From Escherichia phage tonnikala: a stretch of DNA of 51,277 bases. The stretch lies in the sequence record NC_049817.1. One strand, 5' to 3'. The notes under the pieces were generated by a model, which was given only the letters and a program-made list of their open reading frames with translations, was not told the DNA's origin and made no database searches. Below are positions 44,686-51,277 of this stretch, one piece after another. The position numbers and the translations under genes are program-made. Numbering within the stretch: position 1 is the stretch's first letter; every line of letters begins with the position of its first letter.

Positions 44686-44964
44686 TCACCCCCAAAAAGT
44701 ATATATATATCTTGAATCAGATCCAGAAAGCCCACTCCATGTAACGGTGTCGCCACTTACCCCTAAGTTTGGCGCCCCAGGGTCGCCACCGCGCCAGGAA
44801 TTCATGCCAACATATATTGCTTTCAATGATTTACCTGGCGGCCTGTTTTGGTAAGTCTTGCTACCTGATGGCTGAGTGAATTTATCAAGAAAGAAAACAG
44901 GCGTTAAAAGTCCTGTAACTTCCCTCCCTCGATCGTCATATATTGCATAACCATATTGCGCCAT
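44686..44964 (-). CDS. hypothetical protein
   Basis: 92 aa, Gly-rich. Confidence 0.45.
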   Translation of the reverse strand: MAQYGYAIYDDRGREVTGLLTPVFFLDKFTQPSGSKTYQNRPPGKSLKAIYVGMNSWRGGDPGAPNLGVSGDTVTWSGLSGSDSRYIYTFWG

Positions 44965-45239
44965 TAATTACACCTCAAATCAATAAATTTACTTTCATTT
45001 TGCCAGCGGTTGATAAATTTAACTTCTTTATTGTCAACGCTCAACCTGTATTGCTTTTGGCTGAATCTGTTTTCGCGGACTGCATTAATTTTGACCTCAT
45101 GGAATCCGTTAACAGGGAATGTTTTAACGTTAAATTTTGCCGTGCAATCGATCTCTTTGAAGCCGCCAGTAGGCGACGCTGCGCATCCGGTCAGAGCGGC
45201 TACGGTGGCGATAACTGCGATTAATTTTTTCATCTTCAA
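44964..45239 (-). CDS. lipoprotein, candidate superinfection-exclusion protein
   Basis: Signal peptide plus lipobox (MKKLIAVIATVAALTGC); first gene of leftward operon next to tail-tip genes. Confidence 0.55.
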   Translation of the reverse strand: MKMKKLIAVIATVAALTGCAASPTGGFKEIDCTAKFNVKTFPVNGFHEVKINAVRENRFSQKQYRLSVDNKEVKFINRWQNESKFIDLRCN

Positions 45240-45288
45240 TACTCCTTAGTTGTCGTTGCCTGTAACTATACACGATCCGACAAGCGGC

Positions 45289-45306
45289 GTTTAGCAAAAA
45301 GTGCTA
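45289..45306 (-). promoter_or_regulatory. conserved motif copy (minus orientation, variant) heading leftward operon
   Basis: Reverse complement TAGCACTTTTTGCTAAAC, then 18 nt, then TATAGT, then AAGGAG RBS and ATG at 45239. Confidence 0.45.
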
Positions 45307-45677
45307 CTTGTTATTTTTTGTTTTTCGGTGTTATCGAATTTAAGACGGCGTAAATTTAGCTCAAATTTTAGCCAACATGAGAGCGATAAACAATCAATAA
45401 AATAGATATATACATATAAAATCAATAGTTTATTTATTTATGTATGTATATTTGTTTTTTCTTGTTATCTGTGTTTCTTGTGGTTTTGGTTGTTTGTGGT
45501 GATTTTTCTTTCTGAGTATCTGTATGTGCCATCATTCATGTGTATGTATATAATCCGGCGTATCTGAGAGAACAAAGGGAACAAGAAAAATAACACATAT
45601 TAATCATTGACTTACATTTCAAATTTGTTTTCTTGCAATCTAAGAACGTTTAGAAAACAGAAAAAACAAAACAACTA

Positions 45678-45705
45678 TTGACTAAATCAACCAAATGGCT
45701 ACAAT
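45678..45705 (+). promoter_or_regulatory. sigma-70-type promoter for rightward recombination operon
   Basis: TTGACT, 16-nt spacer, TACAAT; shares CCAAAT(A/G)GC spacer with the promoter at 15570. Confidence 0.5.
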
Positions 45706-45735
45706 GCACACACAAAGCAACAAGGAGCATCAAAG

Positions 45736-46791
45736 ATGAGTGATTTTAACGCCTACACTAGCGAAGAAATGAGCAATGAGCTTTATCATGATCCTAACGC
45801 GTGGACGGCTGAATACGTCAGCGGTTCCAGCTTGGCGGAGATTTACAGCACTTGCCCGGCGTACTGGAAGTACAAGCCTCGCCAGGAAACTAAGGCACTT
45901 GTTTTCGGTACGCAGTCGCATACCAATTTTGAAAGCAAGGAGTTATTCGAAAAAACATATCGCCGCGCACCGTCGCAGGATGATTTTAAAGATCTGATCA
46001 CAAGTCAAACGGCGTTAGCCTCAAAGCTGAAATCTTTTGGCCTGAAAGGTACAACGGGTAAGCAATACCCAGAATTGCTGGAAATGCTGTACAAGTGCGG
46101 TGAGGATCTCAATGTATGGTGGCTTATCGAAATGATGGCAGAATGCCAGGCCGCAGCGGACGGCGTGCAGTTAATCGACGCGAAAGATTATGATGCCTGT
46201 GTAGCGATGCGGCGCGTACTTGAGGCAATACCTGAGCATAATGCTTGCATGAATAGCCCAACCGCGCAGCGTGAAATGTCAATATTCGGGATCATCAATG
46301 GCGTAAAAGTTAAAGTGCGCCTTGATCACGTTGACGTAAACAAGGATGTAAAGGCCACAATCATTAACGGTTACGACGAAAAAGGCCGACCGATTTATGA
46401 AGAAGTCATCTATCCAGAAGCTGTGATTATCACTGACTATAAAACAACGGTTAGCGCAAATCCGGTTGACTTCCAGCGCCTGGCTTACAATCACGGCTAT
46501 TATCTCAAAATGGCTTTGCAGCATGATTTATTTAAAAAGGCGTATCCAGACGAGGAAAGGCCAGTAATTGTGAGATTGCTTGCTCAAGAGAAGAAAGAGC
46601 CTTACTTGCCGCTCGCATTCCGCATGAACATTGAGCAATTGAAGATCGGGCGTATCCAGTACATGAGCGTGATCAACAAGTTCAACGTTTGCCAACAGTT
46701 AGATGAATGGCCTTCGTATGCAAACGGGCAGCCAGAAATTGATCTTGATACTCCTGATTGGGTGCGCGCTCAATTCAGGCAGTATCTATGA
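45736..46791 (+). CDS. PD-(D/E)XK-family exonuclease (RecE/exonuclease VIII-like)
   Basis: 351 aa; D...E-x-K style core (VIITDYKTT); encoded just upstream of Erf and SSB. Confidence 0.5.
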   Translation: MSDFNAYTSEEMSNELYHDPNAWTAEYVSGSSLAEIYSTCPAYWKYKPRQETKALVFGTQSHTNFESKELFEKTYRRAPSQDDFKDLITSQTALASKLKSFGLKGTTGKQYPELLEMLYKCGEDLNVWWLIEMMAECQAAADGVQLIDAKDYDACVAMRRVLEAIPEHNACMNSPTAQREMSIFGIINGVKVKVRLDHVDVNKDVKATIINGYDEKGRPIYEEVIYPEAVIITDYKTTVSANPVDFQRLAYNHGYYLKMALQHDLFKKAYPDEERPVIVRLLAQEKKEPYLPLAFRMNIEQLKIGRIQYMSVINKFNVCQQLDEWPSYANGQPEIDLDTPDWVRAQFRQYL

Positions 46792-46866
46792 CAAACTAAA
46801 CAAATAGCTAAACTTTTATAATGGTTGGTGATATAATTCGCCAACCAGATAACGGGAGAATGAGAG

Positions 46867-47124
46867 ATGACAGATAAAGACAATGCCACATTATTGCATT
46901 TAGAGCGATTCATTGATCGAGTAACCATTGCAATGAAAGAATTTATTAAGCCGATGAACATTAAAGAGTCGGAAGAAATGAAGACTTACATCAAGGACGT
47001 GGTTGCATCCATTGACAACGTTATCCTTGTTGCAACGATGAGCAAGGGAAACAAAGAGCGCGAGAGATTGGTTGCTGAATCAACAGAAGAATTTATTAAA
47101 ATGCTTGAAAGCGAGAAGGAATAA
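46867..47124 (+). CDS. hypothetical protein
   Basis: 85 aa between exonuclease and Erf. Confidence 0.45.
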   Translation: MTDKDNATLLHLERFIDRVTIAMKEFIKPMNIKESEEMKTYIKDVVASIDNVILVATMSKGNKERERLVAESTEEFIKMLESEKE

Positions 47125-47781
<657 letters not shown>

Positions 47782-47786
47782 TAAAC

Positions 47787-47806
47787 GGGGCGCTTGCGCC
47801 CCTTTT
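47787..47806 (+). terminator. terminator-like hairpin
   Basis: GGGGCG-CTTG-CGCCCC then TTTTGTCA. Confidence 0.4.
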
Positions 47807-47824
47807 GTCATAGGAGAAAACAAA

Positions 47825-48271
47825 ATGCACGTTATTACAGGTGAGATCCGAAAAGAGCCAAAAGTAAAGCAAATGCCTAACGGTAGCACGCTATATGTTG
47901 TTGAGCTTTCCGAACGATATAAAGACCGTGAAGGCAATTGGCAGTATACAAACTATGTATTTTTCTTTAACGCGAAAACAGACGGCCTGAATGGTTGGTA
48001 TGCTGAGGCGTTCCAGGTAGGCAAGGTTATTTCTGTTTCCTGCGATACCTTGCGAGTTGAAACGCGAGAATACAACGGAAAGATTTACAGCACCGTGCAG
48101 CCTGGCGGATTTGCAAACTTGCTATTTAGCCAGCGTGGGGAAAGCCAGCAACAATATCAGCAGCGCACTCAAGGTGGATGGGGGCAACCACAACAGCAAC
48201 AAATCCCTCAACAGCAACCACAGCAAAGCAATCAGCCGCCGATTGACTTTGATGACGATATACCTTTCTGA
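47825..48271 (+). CDS. ssb: single-stranded DNA-binding protein
   Basis: OB-fold-like N-terminus, Gln/Pro-rich linker and acidic tip DFDDDIPF; AGGAG RBS before ATG at 47825. Confidence 0.8.
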   Translation: MHVITGEIRKEPKVKQMPNGSTLYVVELSERYKDREGNWQYTNYVFFFNAKTDGLNGWYAEAFQVGKVISVSCDTLRVETREYNGKIYSTVQPGGFANLLFSQRGESQQQYQQRTQGGWGQPQQQQIPQQQPQQSNQPPIDFDDDIPF

Positions 48272-48276
48272 TAAAA

Positions 48277-48296
48277 AGCCCCGCACATGCGGGGCT
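48277..48296. terminator. bidirectional rho-independent terminator
   Basis: AGCCCCGC-ACAT-GCGGGGCT flanked by A-run and TTTTTTTT; between converging ssb and tail fibre genes. Confidence 0.6.
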
Positions 48297-48301
48297 TTTT
48301 T

Positions 48302-50782
48302 TTAGTCTGTATCTGTTGGATTGTTGATTAATTTCGCTACCGCTTTTCTTAGATCATCTATCTCTTTCTCCATTTTCTCAATTTTCCCCCCCATGTAGAC
48401 CATAGCGCAAGCCATATCTGTTAGCATAACATTGCTATCTAGCGCCAATGTGTCATCATTTCTGTCAGTTTCAATCTGACGATCAATGTATTCCTCACCA
48501 TTTTCATCAACTCCAATCACATCCTCAAATACCGGCGAGCCTGGAACTAGCTTTACATATTGTGGATCGATTTTTAACAGATCTTGAGCTATCAGGCCAA
48601 AACGTTGAACATCAGATCCGTTATATTTAAACATAGCAGGCAACCATTGCATTACGCGATCGTAGCTTTCCTTTCCGTCTGTGTATTTAATGTCGTGTTT
48701 CAAATCACGATCGGACGTTGGGTTTTTTGCGAAAATAAAAGAACCTCCGCCGAAACCTTGCTCCCATGTAGTAATGTCACCAGCATATGTAAAATGATAA
48801 GCACGATGAAAACGACCATCACCATTTAACTTTAGCGCTACATCAGGCCACGCGGCATTTCCTTTTGATACAACACCAAGCCCAACTCGCATATGATAAC
48901 CGCCAGTTGATAAAGAGCCACCAGAAACAACAGGACTCCAACCAGAGTCATTGTTTGTAACTGAGTTTGCGTAGTATGGCGCCCCCATGTGATCCCATTC
49001 AAGACCCCATGCGCCTTGTACACACTGACCATTAAAACCACGCTGCGCAGTCATGTATCCACCGTAATCATTGTGGAATCTAAACTCTTTGACGTCAGAT
49101 CCTTGATTATTAACCAATACTTTTACATGGGCTATATCAGTAGAGCCGCCTCTTACAGCGCCAAATTGCCAGAATCCACCGTACCAGTTGCCTTGTAGCA
49201 AGTTTACCCATCCATAAGCTCCACCATCTCCTGATGCGTTTGTCAGGTAAATATCTTTATCACCTCCTTCGGCAGTTCCGCAGCCAACTCGCATTGCCTG
49301 TTTTGCAGTAATCCACCCGTTAGAGTAAAGCCCACCAGTTCCATTGATTTCAACATGATGTAGACCTGATAACTTTGAGTTTTCATCAAATTGCAGGTAT
49401 CCGTGCTTGTCTCCTTCATTGTTTGCTGTATGTATTGTTGTTTTCCATAATCCGCCTTGCTTTTCAGCGTATACCCGAGAATAACCCCGAGAAACACCAT
49501 CATCACCCTTTGCGTGTAAATTCAAGATTCCACTAAGCTCAGCAGCTCCAGCATATTGATGAACAAGATCTAGATCGGAAAATCTTGGTGTTTGTCTCTC
49601 ACCCAATCCAAGACCATCCCTAAACAAAAGAATATCGCGGATAACATAATCATTAATCGCATAGAATCCTGTGTTAGTTAAAACCATTGCCCTTACTTCT
49701 GTACATTCAGCGGCAGGATCTGTCGCACCAAACTTAAAAACTGTTGCGTTTTCAACAAAACCATCTGGCGCATAATCTGATGTTGGGACAACAACATCAA
49801 TATTGCTTTCACAGTGAATGCTAACAGGAAATGCGCCGCCTCGAATGTAAACTGCAAACGCCTTTTGTGTTGCTTTCGCTGGCATCAAAATAGAATCAAT
49901 AGTTCTTTCATCTTTCTGATAGATGGTGAAATTACCATAAACGCTATCAACGCCGTCAGACCATCCAGAAGTACGAGCATAGCCAGCAAATGACGCTGAA
50001 TTATAAGGATAATCACCAGTCCTATTACTAGTTGAGATCTGGAAGAAAACGCCTAATTGACTCATATCACCAACGTTCTTTTCTTGGAAGATCACAGGGT
50101 AATATTTTGCATCTTCCGCACCCGCTGGAGCGTTTACAGTTCTTTCGTATTTCCAGCCCTGATAACCTACAACTGCTTGATGCGCTCTATCAGCTTCCAT
50201 TTCGGCGCGGTTTGCTTGCTGCAATGCGTTGGCTGAATGGTTAGCAGCCTGATCTCGCGCCGAGTTAATTTCCGCTACCGCTGAATCTTTGATCTGTTGC
50301 GTTTGTTGCATGTAGCCTTTTGCTGATTCAGCATGATTAAAAGATTGACCAGCCCATGTTTGCGCGTTTTGTTCGCTTTGTGCTGCTGATGCCGCATTTC
50401 TCACTGTTTCATCACGTAAGTCAATCAGCTTTTGCAGATCAAAGTTCCTGAAAAATTCAATTGCTTCCTCTATCTGCGTTTCCTTGCTTTGATAGTAGCG
50501 CAGCGTTTCAGCTACATCTTGCGCCAGACCGTCAACAGTGATCGAGTCATGCAGTAAAATGATGTAATTGCTTCGCGCAATTTCAGATCCGCCAGTTGTG
50601 ATGGCGCGGATTTGCGTATCACTAATAACCTCACTGATTACCGCCGCCTGAAAAGGGGCGTCAATAAAAAATATTGTCGCACCTGGGCGAATCAAGGTTA
50701 ATTGCTCACGCCATTTTGTGTCGTAACCAGTTACATAACCTTGCGCGTCCATAGACGCTTGGCCTTGTCTGTAAATTGCCAT
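48302..50782 (-). CDS. tail fibre protein with C-terminal intramolecular chaperone (peptidase S74) domain
   Basis: 827 aa from ATG with AGGAGG RBS; C-terminal segment (DRDLKHDIKYTDG...RFGLIAQDL...) typical of S74 auto-cleaving chaperone domains. Confidence 0.7.
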   Translation of the reverse strand: MAIYRQGQASMDAQGYVTGYDTKWREQLTLIRPGATIFFIDAPFQAAVISEVISDTQIRAITTGGSEIARSNYIILLHDSITVDGLAQDVAETLRYYQSKETQIEEAIEFFRNFDLQKLIDLRDETVRNAASAAQSEQNAQTWAGQSFNHAESAKGYMQQTQQIKDSAVAEINSARDQAANHSANALQQANRAEMEADRAHQAVVGYQGWKYERTVNAPAGAEDAKYYPVIFQEKNVGDMSQLGVFFQISTSNRTGDYPYNSASFAGYARTSGWSDGVDSVYGNFTIYQKDERTIDSILMPAKATQKAFAVYIRGGAFPVSIHCESNIDVVVPTSDYAPDGFVENATVFKFGATDPAAECTEVRAMVLTNTGFYAINDYVIRDILLFRDGLGLGERQTPRFSDLDLVHQYAGAAELSGILNLHAKGDDGVSRGYSRVYAEKQGGLWKTTIHTANNEGDKHGYLQFDENSKLSGLHHVEINGTGGLYSNGWITAKQAMRVGCGTAEGGDKDIYLTNASGDGGAYGWVNLLQGNWYGGFWQFGAVRGGSTDIAHVKVLVNNQGSDVKEFRFHNDYGGYMTAQRGFNGQCVQGAWGLEWDHMGAPYYANSVTNNDSGWSPVVSGGSLSTGGYHMRVGLGVVSKGNAAWPDVALKLNGDGRFHRAYHFTYAGDITTWEQGFGGGSFIFAKNPTSDRDLKHDIKYTDGKESYDRVMQWLPAMFKYNGSDVQRFGLIAQDLLKIDPQYVKLVPGSPVFEDVIGVDENGEEYIDRQIETDRNDDTLALDSNVMLTDMACAMVYMGGKIEKMEKEIDDLRKAVAKLINNPTDTD

Positions 50783-50800
50783 TTGTAAAATCCTCCTAAA

Positions 50801-50819
50801 TAGCACTTTTTGCTAATGA
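50801..50819 (+). promoter_or_regulatory. conserved motif copy (variant) abutting RBS of the leftward tail fibre gene
   Basis: TAGCACTTTTTGCTAATGAC on + strand, immediately 5' (in gene sense) of the tail fibre RBS. Confidence 0.4.
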
Positions 50820-50847
50820 CAATGCAGATAATAGCATTTTCAAATGC

Positions 50848-50872
50848 AAAAAAAAACCCCGCATAAGCGGGG
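50848..50872 (-). terminator. rho-independent terminator (minus strand)
   Basis: CCCCGC-ATAA-GCGGGG hairpin with A-run on + strand (T-run on minus), downstream of the 50889.. gene. Confidence 0.55.
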
Positions 50873-50888
50873 TAATACTAGCGGAGTT

Positions 50889-51277
50889 TTATAGCAGTGA
50901 TTCGGGCTTGTAGAGTTTTCTTTCTACGCCCTGTTTAAAATTATCGTTAACAGGCATCATTATGTCAAGACCTCTTTCCTCTGCCGCGATTATCACATCA
51001 CGATCATCCTTCCGGCAGACTACGCGCATTCTTCTTTCTCCTTTATATCTATGCGCAACCATTTCAAGATTTGAAGGAGTAAAGCAAGCCCACACCTCTT
51101 GACCAGTTGATAAATGAACATGCTGGGAATCAACCCAATCAAGGCACAAATAGATCGTCTTATCCGTGCTACCTGTTTTAACAACAGATCCGCGCGTGTA
51201 GTCGCGAGCTAAAAACCAATCCTTTCCATCCTCATCAATGAAAAGCACGTTACACATTTCATCATCCACCAGGTGAC
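50889..51277 (-). CDS. hypothetical protein (5' end may lie beyond window)
   Basis: Open minus frame to window edge; track start at 51269 is GTG; internal ATG at 51255-51257. Confidence 0.4.
   Translation of the reverse strand, partial: HLVDDEMCNVLFIDEDGKDWFLARDYTRGSVVKTGSTDKTIYLCLDWVDSQHVHLSTGQEVWACFTPSNLEMVAHRYKGERRMRVVCRKDDRDVIIAAEERGLDIMMPVNDNFKQGVERKLYKPESLL

Overview
This window reads as a near-complete genome of a virulent, tailed dsDNA phage with T1-like gene content; there is no integrase or repressor module. Calls rest on ORF structure, ribosome-binding sites and motifs read by eye, since no database search was possible. Modules in order: a replication block (partial primase, SF2 helicase, VRR-NUC nuclease, N6-adenine methyltransferase, metallophosphoesterase); a T1-type lysis cassette (holin, SAR-type lysozyme, unimolecular spanin); an AT-rich HNH endonuclease island; a leftward block of small early genes with a C5-methyltransferase-like protein and a large P-loop protein; a rightward block of small early genes with a HAD phosphatase and a dNMP-kinase-like protein; then packaging, head and a lambda-like tail (G/T frameshift, tape measure, M-L-K-I-J); a leftward three-gene module with a lipoprotein; an Erf/exonuclease/SSB module; and a leftward tail fibre with a C-terminal S74 chaperone. 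The most notable non-coding signals are a 19-bp motif (TAGCACTTTTTGTTAAAAC) present in about 20 intergenic copies, and two collinear AT/GT-rich non-coding hubs of 400-600 bp sitting at the two divergent-transcription points.
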